Assembly: GCA_000934665.2 (NCBI GenBank)
Contig: KZ538086.1
Location: 62,001 to 126,000 of the forward strand
Source of the DNA: Catajapyx aquilonaris
Taxonomy: Eukaryota
Direction of reading: 5' to 3'
DNA: 64,000 nt
Part shown: positions 26,001-39,185 of the stretch, one piece after another
Numbering within the stretch: position 1 is the stretch's first letter
Layout: every line of letters starts with the position of its first letter
Position numbers and translations under genes: made by a program
The notes under the pieces: model-generated
Databases searched by the model: none
What the model saw: only the letters and a program-made list of their open reading frames with translations
What the model was told of the DNA's origin: nothing

Positions 26001-28423
26001 GGAACTCTTTTCCCCGCCTCGCATTGTTCTCATGGAGCAATTTTCATTTTTCTGCCAAAGAGCCGCGCTTCCTGTTGATTTTCCGAGAAATGAAGACCGA
26101 GACGGAGATTCTCGTCTTTTCCTTCCGCGATTTATCTCCGTCAGGAATGAAATCGAGGCGGGGGATGGGGGCAAGGGAGAGGGGGGAGGGAGAGAAAAAG
26201 CTAAATCCTGCCCTTATTTAATTAATAGGCAGTCAAGTAGGTCAAGTACAGGCAATTGAACCAACGGACGTGATCGTCTGAGATACTCCGCGATAACGCA
26301 TTGTCCGTATGAAGATGTTAGGTGAAGAAGGGACCCGGAGAATTATATTCTCGGCCAATTTGTGCCGGAGACATTCGAGGTTTCCAGACAATAAGGCCAT
26401 CACCCGGGGGAAGATCCTGAAATTAAATTTTCCTTTCCCTCCCCCGTCTCTTCCCATCTCCCTCCCTTCCTCTCGTGCTGTAATTCTTGCATACCAAAGG
26501 CAAGGCTTGACCCCAATACATGGGAGGCATAGCAGTGGCAAGCCGCAACTTGCCAGTCGAGTGGGATCTTTGAATGCCAAGAAATGGCCTATCTTGCGAC
26601 GTCATAAAAGACGGGGGCCACACTTCATGTTCGTCACTAACTCGTACTTTACAGGGACAGAAGAAAAAGGGGGCGAAAAGAGAGTGGGGAAAAAAATGCT
26701 GGAGTGAAAGAGGCAGTGGTGTATGGTGGTAGGGATATGTGCTCCAGGCTTGCCAACATCGTCACGCGAAAATGGTTTTGCGATTTCCAAGAAAGCTCGT
26801 ACCGAGTGTTATTACTTGTCCAGGTTTGATGATTTAGGGTGAATTTCCGCCGAACAAACACCGCGCCTAACTCCCCTCTCCCTCCCTGTAAGGCCGTAAA
26901 CGACATATGTATAAATTACGGTGCGGTACTGAATTTGTAATAGGGTTAGCCTACAACGCCAGGGTTATATCCACAATAGGCAAATTATACAAATACAGCC
27001 GGTCACAAATGTAACGCCCCGCGATCAATTAAGTGGCCGCGTGGTCGTTTGATAGAATGATGGAGGGTTACAATAGCTCTGGGTTGATTATGCACTGCAG
27101 CGTAATGTTTTATTGGGCTTGTTGGAACCAGGACTGACGTTATGTGTATGTGTATACCTCACTCTGACTCTCTGTCTCTAATTTTTTTCCAGGAGATGAA
27201 AGTCAACTGGGCCACGTCACCAGGAAATGCACCGAAACAAGACACCAGCAGTAAGTGTTACTCTAGTCTACTCTGCTTTGTCTCTTTTCCCTCCTCTTGT
27301 TTGAAGCCGTCGTCGTTCTTGGCGAGAGTAATGCGAGTCACATTCGCACTTGAGCTTAATATTGCATGCGACATCCGGATATAATATAAACGGGCGCCCG
27401 AATAAATTCCGCCTTGTAGTCCTAAAATGTCACGCGGAAAACGCATGCGATATTGCATGGGTCCCCCCGGCGGACCCTGGAATTTTATACGAAGCAGGTG
27501 CCATCAGGTTAGGTCACAAATTCAGGGAAGAGTTAATTGCCCCATACTGCTTTTCATAGGCGTGGCTGCTGCCGGGTTGCGCCTATCTCTCTCTCTCTCT
27601 TTCTCCTGTGGGGGGGACTAAGAGTAGGGGAGGATATTTTGCATGCGTCGCTTTTTGGAACTCCCTTACGTCCCAAAGTGGCAATTCTTATGGATTGGAA
27701 GCTCCCCGTGTCGCTGACAACCCCGTGATGTACTATACCCGCCGTATCGCCGAAATTAGACAAAGTAAAGAGCGGGATGGATATAGGAGCAAGGGGGGAA
27801 AAGGGCCTATTTCATCCCACCTCTTCTTTTTTGTGTGTGTGGTTTTTTTGTCGGCTCATGGAGGGCATTACATTTTCTCTCCTGTGTCCCTCGCACTCCG
27901 ACAGGATAATGTAAGGTGCGAGACAAACGCGCAACGTGGGACGTTACTTTGCCCCTTTTCTATGCATATTTGGGCAATAATGTAGCGGCATGTACGGAAT
28001 TAGTATTCATTAAAAAAAAGGAAGGGGAGTTGGGGAGAGAGGGTTGTTGAGATGCTTTTGGGAAATGTCTGCACGGTCGGCAATGTCCTACATGAAGACG
28101 TTTTAATTATCGCCGTAACGGAATATTTAACAAAATGAGGGGGGATCCACCCGCTGCGAGTGCTACTTTGCAGGCCGCTTTGTTTCGGACCTCTCGGCAG
28201 GGACAATAGATTCGGGGTTTTTGGGACTGGTATGGGCGGGTTGTTGTGTTGCGAGTCCTCCCCAATTGCTGTAATTGACCCTCCCCTCCCCCCCTCCCCC
28301 CCTCCCGCTCTTTTCTCTCTCACACACGCACATACACAGTTGATGCAGTGAGCCAGGATGACAGGCGCGAAATGTAACGTGCATTAAGCCAATTGAATTT
28401 GGGACGATTAAACAACAGCGCTG

Positions 28424-28425
<2 letters not shown>

Positions 28426-28471
<46 letters not shown>
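28426..28471. repeat. (AG)23 microsatellite
   Basis: Uninterrupted AG run; it explains the ERERER stretch in ORF 28393..28761. Confidence 0.97.
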
Positions 28472-28475
<4 letters not shown>

Positions 28476-30565
28476 GAGAAAAAACTCTGTTAGTGCTTCC
28501 CTGTATCCACCTCCATTGCGGCTCTCACTTCATATTATAATATTGTTGTGTGTGTTGGGGATTTTCATTTGCGCCCTCTGGATGGTCGTAACATGGCTGC
28601 TGTGCCAACCTTATTTGGCGTCACGAAACGGGCACTGTCCTTGGACTCGTACTGCATATAGGCAGTGCAGGCCTATACATTACCAACATTTGCCAACAAA
28701 TATCCGGAATATTGACGTCAGATATAAAATGTACTGCTCTGAACTAATAGCAAGAGGTTGATGAATACATGCAGTGGATGAGCCATTGCATGGACAAGGG
28801 GGCTCGAACTGTTGATGGGTGAACTTGCATTATTGTGGCCGAATTCAAGATCTTTCAGGAATATGGTGTGATTTGTATATTCACTTGCGATATTTTTCCG
28901 AGGTGGTATGCAGGCATGACGAGTCTGCACACACACACTTCTGCTGATTCTGACCTTAGCAGGCTTTAGGCCGAAAATCCGCTCTGTGCAAATAGTATCA
29001 GTGTAAAACAACATTGATGTCCAATTCTTAACCGCATATTCCCAGAAGCCTCATCCTCGAAAATGGCCACCGGCCGTCCCCTTCCATGCGCTGGAATCAC
29101 AGATACTCTTTGCCTTCGCACACACCCGAAATTGAAATTAGATACTATCCCCACCCCCTCCAATCCCAATCTCTCTCTCCCCCACCAAACTGATTTTTGT
29201 TCCCTTGCGGCCCGGCATTCTCTCTCTCATTCCCCTCCATCCCCTCTCTTCCCACTTTTCTTGTCTCTGATTTAAAATAAATAAACAAAGGCAGAAAAGG
29301 AAACACGTGGTGATGAAATGGGGGTTTTGGGTAGTGGGGGCGGGTGAGAGTGGGTGGGTGGGTGTTTGGGAGGGATTTGATCCCCCCCAGGGACGGGTGG
29401 GATTTCAGTTTGCTAATTAATCGCTCCCCGCTCAGGAGAGCCTTGTATGGCCCCAGGGAGGCCCAAGTGGACCGGAGCTTTGTTCTGTTTTAATGGTCCC
29501 CCGCAGCAACAGGTCGGAGGCGCAGGGGGCAGGAGGGGGGTCGGGTTGCTGATCCACGTTGTTGACGGTTGCAATTGCGGTGGTTGTTGGCAAGTCCGTT
29601 CCTGTAAGGCCGAGTACACTCCTTGGACTGTTCGAGAAGTTCGGAACCTCGCGTGGTTGCAAATCCAACATTTTGCGCGATCCGTTTTGCTCGCATGACG
29701 TCTGAAATAAATCCACGAGCGGTGCTAAAGGCGGCCTTCCGAATTACGGATTTATGTTGCATGTTGCTGTCCCGACATGTAGTGTGACTGCTGGTAAAAT
29801 TTTGTTTCATCGCATTGGGCTGGTCTATTTCTGGTCTTCACGGGATAACGCGTCAGAACAGGGTGGTGACTATATAGAATGGGTGGTCACGGACCTGCCT
29901 CCCCTTCAGGATGAAATAGACAGCCCTACTGGGATAGGCGTAGACAATAAGTTTTCCGTGATGACCAGCAGACTAGAACCCCTGATGTGATACAGCGCAG
30001 TTTTACCCGAAGTTACTACATGTTGGTCGAGCAGGTTGGCTGGCATTTAATGGCAATCACATACGGATCACACGAGGTATGAAAAGAACCTTGTGTAAAA
30101 CTAGTGCAATGCCAACTCGAACGTTTATGCACCACTTAAGCACTGGATTTTAAAAAAAAACTGTGGACCGGAATGTACATTCCCACCCCGTAACTGTGCT
30201 CTCTCAGTATAGAAAACCCCCCTATTTCCGTCCCCACCCCTCCCTCCCTCCCTCCCCCCTGCCCCCATTTGCCATCACCCACTCCGAAGCCCTCAACCAT
30301 AGAGTTTGAAGAGATTGGATTTGTATTCCGGGGGAAGCCACTCCTGATGGCGCAGGCATCCAATTTAAAGGTATCTTCCTCTCCTATTTCCCGTGGAACT
30401 CAAAACCCTGATGGGCCCTCCCTTTGTCACTTTATACTGGGTAATGTGCTCTCCTGGCATCGCCGCAGAGGACGAGAGGGAGAAACAGGACACTCGCTAC
30501 TACTACACACGTAAGGTCCCCCACCTCGCCCTACCTCCCAGCCCCCTCTACCTCTCCCTTCCCTT

Positions 30566-30567
<2 letters not shown>

Positions 30568-30597
<30 letters not shown>
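30568..30597. repeat. (CA)15 microsatellite
   Basis: Uninterrupted CA run; it explains the HTHTHT/CVCVCV stretches in overlapping ORFs. Confidence 0.97.
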
Positions 30598-30602
<5 letters not shown>

Positions 30603-33600
30603 TACCCTGGCGCTGATCGTGCTCTTCATTTGCTTCCCATTCCTGCTGCCCTTGTTCGGGATAAATGGTGCCGGCCGACACTCGTCTCCGGGGCCGGGTG
30701 CTCAAGGTGTGCATTTTAATCTGATTAGAGCCCTTTATACGCCTGATTACAGGTAGTTGACTCGGGGAATCGGTTCCCCCTGTGCAGTTGCAGGCAAGAA
30801 GCGACATTTTCAAGCTCGCCTGGCCCACACTCCAAGCCGCATTCAAAGAGAATCAAAGCAAATGGCGCGTTAGTGGCTGTTACTGCCGCCTTGTACCCTC
30901 TGCCCGTCACAAAACGTCACCATGAGCTTTTGCAAGGGTCGTCTTCAAGGCCAGATGTGCCGTTGTTAGCAATTCCATCAGTATTTTGGCACCTGCCTTG
31001 CGCACGATGAAAATATATTGCATAAGTTCTCGGCATGAAAGGCATTGAGTAAGTTTTCTAGTTGCGACTTGTGGACTCCATGAGTGTCAGCAACAGGTGT
31101 AGCAATATGGCGGAATTTATAGCTGGCAGTAGATATGATAACGTCGGTAGACCGTGGCCGGGAGTAATATAAACCATTTGCCACCCCCGCCCTCTCGTCA
31201 CCTCCACCACCTCGTGCGTGGTCAGGCGGCTTTCTCCTGGGAGCTGTTCCTGGAGGCCTTGCCGCATTTTCCAAGAGTGTCGCAGCGGGCAAAAGCGTGA
31301 CCGTGTGGTGGTGCACCGGTGCATGTGCACACACATCCTTGAACAGTTACTGGTCCGGATATAAAAAATAGACTGTCAGCGTGCTGGTGTTAACCGCACG
31401 TACATTATTGTCCAGGGTCCTGTCCAGCACCGAAACAATAAGTGTCGGGGGGGAAAACAAATGCGAGGGGAAAGTCAGGGTGAGATTACCGTCGTGCCAA
31501 CCCCCGAGGGCAGCGTTGCTTATCCCGCGAGGGGCCTGCAAATGCCACGTTGGACATTCCTTGACGCCGTACGTCCGAGCAACTTGCAGAAGGGGCGGGG
31601 GTGAGAGGGGGTTGGGAGTGGTCGGGGCACGGAGGGGGAGCTTTGAAACCAATGTAGCTGGCGTAAAAGGATGCCAGAGTCAGCGGCAAAGGAATCCTGT
31701 GCTTTGAATGCCTTCCTCTCCCACCTACCGCCAAAAGCCCTCGCCGGTTTCAAAGGCTCCAGCGATTGTCAAGCAAGGTTGAGCGGTCGCCATACCAAAA
31801 GCTCAAGATTGGCATGGATTGGCGCCTTTGTCCCACTTTTTTCCCCCCTCTCTCTTCTTCTTCTTCCTCTACTACCCTCTCTCTCTCCTTCCTTGCCCTT
31901 TCTCTCTTCACTCCCTGCCAACTCACGATTTTCCCAACAAGGGTTTGGCCTTGTCGCTCCGGAAATTTACACCTTTCGATTTCTCGAGTACAAAGCGATT
32001 CTTTTGCCCTGCCATTGCTTGGATTTGTTATCAGGCGCGCTTTTGCTGCGATTGAATCAAATTCGACAAGAGACTCGGCGAATTTGTACTAGGCAGTGCA
32101 GAAGCCATTGCGTTGCTCCGAATGTTCTGTCAGCTTTTTAAATTCAGCACAACAGCCGTTTTAATATACCGATAACGTATATGAAAAGGCGACGTGTCTT
32201 GTTTTGCGCGGTTGATAAATGAATTCGTGTCATGCACGTTTGGGATTCGGAGGGATGCCGCTGTGTAGAAAGGGGAAGGGGGTGGGGGTGTTAAAAAAAA
32301 ACTCTTCCTCTCATCTCCACTCTTCTCGCTCATCATCTCCCTCCTTTTCTCGCAGGCCTTTCGCAAGTTCTTGGAGGCCATCCCGAGAAACTTTTCCCAT
32401 GCATATAGAAGGAATACACAATTAGGCCTGTATATTGCCTTATGAGTTGTTGCTTTGACTAATGAAATTTATGGTTAGCTTTCCTGTTTCCGAGAAATTT
32501 GCCTCGCTTGTGCCCAACCGCCTAGGCGAGTAAGGTTAGATCCCCCCCCCCCCCTTCCTTTTCCTTCTCTTTATGTTTTTTTCCACCCCTCATTCCATGA
32601 TGGAGTTCAGAGCAGTGCCAGACTTAGTTCACTGTGAGACGAAGGGCACTGCTGGAGTTGCTACCACAGCGGCCATACACTGGGCTCGGGAGTGCATCAC
32701 TCTCCCACCTAATAATGCATTCAACTCTTGTGGCAAATTTTCGCCGAAACAATGGGCCTGATTTTTCCAAGGACCACACTGGGTTATGTTTGCACTCAGT
32801 TTGGTGAAACTTGAGTTCTTGGAATGAAAATCTGGAGTTTGCTCCTATGTTTTCTTCTCTCCTTCCCTCCCTCCCTCTCTCTTTCTGCTCCCCCTGCTCC
32901 CCTCTACCCTCCCTCCCTTTCCTGGATTTAATTATGCAGAGACTTGCTCTGCTTTTGCCAATATTACCTTAATTCAAGCTATACCCCGAGGGGCCTCCCC
33001 TTTTAATGGCTGCACAGTACCTGCAACAGTAGTTGGAACTTCTTATTTATTTATGTCTCCGGGACAAAAGAGGGGTGGAGGGAGATTGAAGGCACAGGTG
33101 AAGGGTACGGAAAAGGAGGTTATATGACGTTATATAAGTACAGCAGCCCCCCCGGACCCCAAGACCTTCCCCACCTTTCCCCTAGGGGCTAAGAAACACT
33201 TGGGAAACGGATGAGTTTTCATTTCGAGGACTCAGGTATGACGAGTTGCGATGTTGTAATGGGAAATTAATTAAATGAGTCTTGGAAGAAAAGGCGGTTT
33301 TGAGAGTGGGGAGAGGTCTGGCCGGGTTTCAAGTCGTAGCTCAGGTACGTATATGCTGCTTGCCAGCCAAGCCCCCATCCGCTAAAGAGGAAGCCATGAT
33401 ACACACTGCAAGTGCGGCTTTAGTGCGCGCACCTCAATTCGTAATGGACTCTCCCTTGCTTCAAACAACATCAGGGCTTGAGCCCGTTCTGGCAGCCTAA
33501 AAAGTGCGCCGTGTATTGTCCGCGTAATGTTTTAATGATCAATATGCCGACAGTTAACAAAATACCTCGGCTTAATTTTGTTGATGCAACAAAGCGAATT

Positions 33601-34090
33601 TTAACGAATATACTGGGTTTGAATTCAAAGCGCGTGCACTTACTGGACTATGATTCTCTCATTCATTAATGCCCTTTTTTCCTTCCCTCTCTGTGTTTGT
33701 GTTGAAATATTTCATTACATGGAAGCAGGCCGGCCGGCCTTTTTTTTAACGCAGGTGATACCATTCTTTGATTTTATGCATAATATAAACAAGGAGAAAA
33801 TGTAGCGCGCATATGTAAAGCAGGGGCATCCTTTTAAAGGCCCGGGATTTTGTTTCGGTTCGTATGTAGCATACGCTGGGCAGGAATAGGCCGAATTGGT
33901 GAGTAAAATGAAGTGTGCTCCCTGGGTTTGTTAGCTGGGAATTTTATTTTGTCTGGCGAAGAATAATATTATTATTGTACATGTAAAACATAAAAATGCG
34001 CGAGTTTCCGGCTGACCGAGCTCTTATCATGCGTGCGCGCAGCCCCGGAATATTCGCAACTGCAAAAATGGTGCGTGTGCAGCAGCTGGT

Positions 34091-34114
34091 GCTGGCTGGC
34101 TGGCTGGCTGGCTG
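34091..34114. repeat. (GCTG)6 microsatellite
   Basis: Tandem GCTG units read directly. Confidence 0.9.
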
Positions 34115-37100
34115 GGCCGAGCGACCTGCACCACATAAAACTGGGCCAGAAACTGGAGGGGCCCGACAGACTCTCACGTTTCAAAGCCTGTTCTCGATCA
34201 CTCCGGACTGAAAGGATGATGTATGGAGCAATAGCGCGACCTGGGCCTTCCCAATGGCTGCTAATGGTGCAGGATGTCGATCGCAAGCCGCTGGATTCCC
34301 ACCTAAGTATAACGTGACCACTGTACCAAGGACGCCCTGGGAGTAGGCCAATGATCCGAGGGAGAGAGAGAGAGAGAAGGAAGAGGTCACTCGACTTGTT
34401 TGGAGAAGGTTCATTAGTAGTGAGGGCTCCCCCGGATGCTGCGTTGCCTGCGCTGCCCTCAGCGGACAGGGCCAGAAGATGAAAACCACCTGTTGGCTTG
34501 ATGGCTGCACTTGTAAAATTGCGAGGGGCGTCAAGTGGACCCAAATGTGTGCCCACCCTCCACTTGCTCCAGCAGTGGCCGTGTCTGGAAGCGATGCTAA
34601 GTGTTGTTTATGCCCGCCAAATTCTGCAGTACATTCTCCGGTGTTATAGGTGTCGCATCCGAGGGAGTAAAGTGGATGGGTTAGGAAGTTAATCCCGAGT
34701 CTTGGGTGGTGATCATGTAGGTGTCATGGCGTAGTCTCTCTCCAAAACATGGAGCAGCATTCCTTGGCACGGGTGTCGCTGGGAGAGGAGCGGTAACCAG
34801 ATTAAGCTTGCGAGGAAGGGGGGGTTTGTATCTGTCTTCGTCACCTCGAACCCGAAGCGACGCTGATACCACCAAAGGCTGTGAGGGACTGCTTAGACGA
34901 CTCGGGACCCACTTTGGGGTCGGTGCTAATTTCGCTTTCAGGCTTAATGGCGGTATGTTGAATTAGATCAGGAACACACCCATGAATTTATATGTGGACC
35001 CGGGTTAAGGACAGGCACGTTTCGCGACATCGCGTGTTTTTGAGCGATCGTGGCGATTTATTCGAGAGCATTTTTGCATCACTTTTCACACGATATTTCA
35101 CTCTTTTTTTTTCTCGAACCAAATATCAATCACCTGGATGAAGCCTGGACTCATTTTATAAGCAATGAGAAATAATTTGAGTGAGTGTATATCCCATCGG
35201 CGATAGTGGTTTGTTAAAGGAATTTATTAAAGTGGCTTCGTACCTTCACTTTGAATTATTCGGTTTAAGTTTTCGCATCTTTCGGTGGGATGCTTCATGT
35301 GGTTTAAAGATTAATGCACCATCTCTGCCAGACGCTAAGCTGGCTGGGGTAGCAAGTTTCATATCAGGCAGAATGTATAGAGGTCGACTTTTTCTTGTGA
35401 CTCATTACATCATGGGTATTTAGCAGATGGCAAGTTCCATTGCAAGTGCTGAGATTAGCTATATAAATACGTACACACTGCATTTCTGTATTTGTCCGGA
35501 ATGGGCTGCAGAACCGCAGCCTTCCCAGTGGCTGCGCTATTACAGTGTGAGTAAACTCGCAGTTTATTACGCAACAAGCCCAAGTACTGCGGGTGGGTAA
35601 TCCCATGTGCGTCAGTCAGAAAACGGCCCAAGAGTGGAAGCGAGAAAAATCCGGGCAATTGTGTCGATTCTTGAGGGTTTCTGGTGGTGAGCGGACGGGG
35701 TCTGGTTCTGCATAGGAAGGATAGATGGCTCGGGCGGCGGGTTTAAAGAGACACTGCTTTGCGCTGCTTTTGCAGAGGAATTCCTAGCCGGATGGTCCAC
35801 GTCGCCTGCCATTGTTGGGAGGGACTAGCTCAGATCGATTTGGAGCCTGGGTCACCCTTTTTTACTCCCTCCCTCCAAAAATAATTTACAAACGGATAGA
35901 GTGAAATATGGAGAACGAGCAGGGCCCTAAATAATCTGCCACGCACCTTTTTGTGCACAATAAAAGTGAGTACATATCTCTTTTCCCCCGCAAGGCGAGT
36001 CAATACCACAAAGTTCAGTTGGCACATACGCACAGGTGAGTCTGTCCTGTGCAAATATAGCGGATGTTATCCACTAGGTCCTATCTCACTTCTACGCGTA
36101 GGGGTGGATGGGGGAAAAAAAGCGATGAGTATGTGCGGAAGTTGTTAAGTTGGAAAAGGCTTAGGCAAACAGGCAATAAATACAGTGCTGCTGCGACAGG
36201 AAGAACTTGGTTTCAGACATGAGAGCCGGGGGATTTACACGTGATGGAAATTGGCCTTCCGTTTCGGCCGGTGGTCTCTATTATTTCCACCACACACTCG
36301 CGTGATGGTTTCGCTCTGGGTAACCTGGCCAAAGAGATTCAGTCTATAGATAGACGCACAAAAGACTTGGAGCCTATCATGTGTGCGTGCGGTCATGAGA
36401 GGGGGAAGAGGATGGAACCCACAACGAAGTTATTAAATGCGACTGACGCCGTCAGAAGGCCCTTGTTACAGCTGATCACTATAGAGCGATCGTTTCTTTG
36501 CAGACGTTTATTGGTGTTATTTTGGGAGTTCGCCGATCATTATTTGCTCAGCATGCAAGCCAGGATAAAAGTTTTCCAGGAAGGAAAAAAAAAACATGGT
36601 TAAGGTTGTTTACTCCACGCACTATTGGGTTGGTGTTTCGGCATATTTGTGGCAGACTCGGAGCAGCACCAGTTATGCCAGCGAGTAGGGGACGGTTCAT
36701 GGGTTCATGGAGCTGCTTTGGGTGGTATTCAGCCTCCCTTCAAGACCGAAAGAGGTCTGATACGCTGCACCAGCTTTCGTTACACGAATCTCTGCTCTCT
36801 TTTTTTTACGTTATTGTTTAATCCCCCCCGGAAAACCACGATTGGGCGGTAGGATTTCCAAGGCACTGCATGTTGTATGTGTGGCATGAGCCACACCAGA
36901 CAGTGGGCGGTATCAGTTGACCTAACGTAGGTGTCACCCCCAAATCGACACTGCTAATGACGGCCATGCACACAATTAGCGGATCAATTGCAAAATTGCC
37001 ATACGGGCGCCCGCTTTTAGTCGCCCCAGGCTTGTGGGGGGGATGGGGCCCAAAGCCCAAATCTGAGGAAAAGTGTGGGTATGTGTGCGTGTGTGCCTAC

Positions 37101-39157
37101 CGGAGGGTGTGGGCTACTGCTACTGCTGCCTCATATTTTGAAAGTCCTCCTCCCCCCTCAGTCGGCGAGGTGGGTGGCGAGAGAGGGATGGGTGTTGTTT
37201 ACATACTTCTCATGGCTGGTTTGGATGGAAATTCGTCCCATTTCATTAGTGGCATGTTCACACCACGCTTGAATAATTAAAGGCGCTGGCCCATGAGAAT
37301 GCCGGGGCCTGGGCTCATTGTGCGCAAGGTTCAGGATTCCGCTGCCCTCACCGACCGCACAGTAATGAAAACCTGTCTGCGGCTGGGGAATTTATTGGGC
37401 TTTGGCATTTTTTAACCGTGCCGTGTATGTGTGTGCTCCATCGGGGGCTCACTTGCCCTCCTCCCACCTCATTTTTTTCCGTATCAGCAGGGGGGGTGAG
37501 ATGGCTAATAAAAAATGGGGAGGAAGAAGCGGGGGCCCCCCTCGGTTCACAACCTACCCTTCCACACCCAGCCTTATATAATTAGGGAATTAACTATTAA
37601 ATAATTTAGATGGCGGATGTGCGTGTGGGGTTGTCAGGACCGAAATGACGTGAGGACGTTCATCCGGGGCACGGTCGCTAACACACCCCGTTATACGGTG
37701 AATATAGTATACCTTTTTTTTCAGTAATGCCCTTCGTGGGGATCGTAATTAAGTCCCTGGGGAATCGCTTGTCTTTGGCTCCACACCCCCGCCTCTTGGC
37801 GCGAACATATCACGAAAGCCCGCACCGTTCAAATATTTAAGCGGTTTGGGTATAGTTGGAGGGGCAGGGCAAAGAGGGAGGGAGGGTGTGGGGAGGAAAA
37901 GCTGGGTGTTTGGGGCGGGCTGTTTGATAGATGCCTGCGAACGGGCTGAATTTAGGTCGACGTTGAAGCGGCCTAGTGCTTCGGTTTTGATGGTTACAGT
38001 GGTGGGTGCCACTTGTTGATTCATGTGTAACTCTTCGACCGGCCCAAATTTTTCACTATTTGGATTGGGAGAGGAAGGGGGGCAGGGGGGGGGGNAAGCT
38101 GCTGACACGCGTTTGTGTGTGGCGGTCGGGAGGGGTTTTTTAATAAGAGGTGGTTGGCGGCGGCGGGCTCCCAGGATAAAGGGTGGGGTCGAGAAGGGTC
38201 GGATGGAGTGTATGGAAGTGGCTTAAAAATGTGTGTCTGTGTGTGCGCGCGCGATGCCACAAAAAGGGGTGGAGTCCTGAAGGAAGATGAGAGCTTCCGA
38301 TGTAGGGGGTCAGGTCAATGAATGCAGAGGGAACAAAATGGAGACAGTGACATGGGGCGGGGACCGGTTGTGTCAATTATTGTTTTTTTTATGCCTCCTA
38401 TCTTTCTCTGGGTTGTGTTGGGAGGGGAGTGATGAGACTGCATGTTAGGCTGCACTAAGGAGAGAGAACCGGGGGATGTCGAGTTTTATCTTGGCGTATT
38501 TCACATTCGTGGATAATTCCGTCTGACGTCCACCACACACCGTTAGGTTGGTGAAGTTTCCGCTTCTCTCGCTGTAATTTTCCCCGTCGCCCCGACAGGA
38601 TATCAAAATGAATGGAGATCTCAATGCCAAATAAGCAGAAACGAGCCTTTGGGCGATGGCGCCCATATTGCAGGAGATGCCGAATGATGGATGAAAGATG
38701 AGTGATACATAGGGTGTTGGGCTGCAAACTCTAAAACACCCATCACTCAGGGAGCACGCTGCTGCCTTCTCCCCATCCTACACTTCCCTCGCTCTCTCTC
38801 TCTCTCTTCCCCCTGGTTCTTTCAGGACTGATAACTACCAGACTTGGGAGCGGTAATGGAGGCTGCCGGTGGGCAAAATGGATGCGGGAATATTTAGCCG
38901 GTCATTCCTGCCAAACGTCACGGGTCTTTCCACGTAGCATCAGTTGACGTGCGTGCATCCTCCTTCCAGACGCACACGTATTCATAGAGGCACTCGATTT
39001 GTCTGAGAGCTTCTTCCCGGTCGTAAAAACAGTTTCGACTTTTTTTTGTGCGGGCTTCCGAGTTATACACCCGGTTGGGCTGATCCCAAGATGTTGTGGG
39101 GCGGTACCTCCTTCTTTGTAATTCAAAGTAGAGCAGGTGCAGATGTGGATCTTTATT

Positions 39158-39185
39158 GGGGGGGGGGGGGGGGGGNNGGGGGGGG
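39158..39185 (+). repeat. Poly-G tract containing Ns (length uncertain)
   Basis: 18 G, NN, 8 G. Similar N-associated poly-G runs occur at 42046-42066, 54847-54868 and 59967-59988. Confidence 0.8.

Noticed and set aside
29754..29990. ORF with SPTGIGVD resembling an NHL/YWTD-type blade motif
   Set aside because: Single short motif, no repeats, no convincing splice sites.
33727..33747. AGGCCGGCCGGCCT followed by a T run, resembling an intrinsic terminator
   Set aside because: Eukaryotic context with no upstream gene; 14-bp palindromes are expected a few times by chance.
38939..38972. ATCAGTT Inr with downstream AGACG (DPE-like)
   Set aside because: The DPE-like motif starts at +27, not the strict +28.
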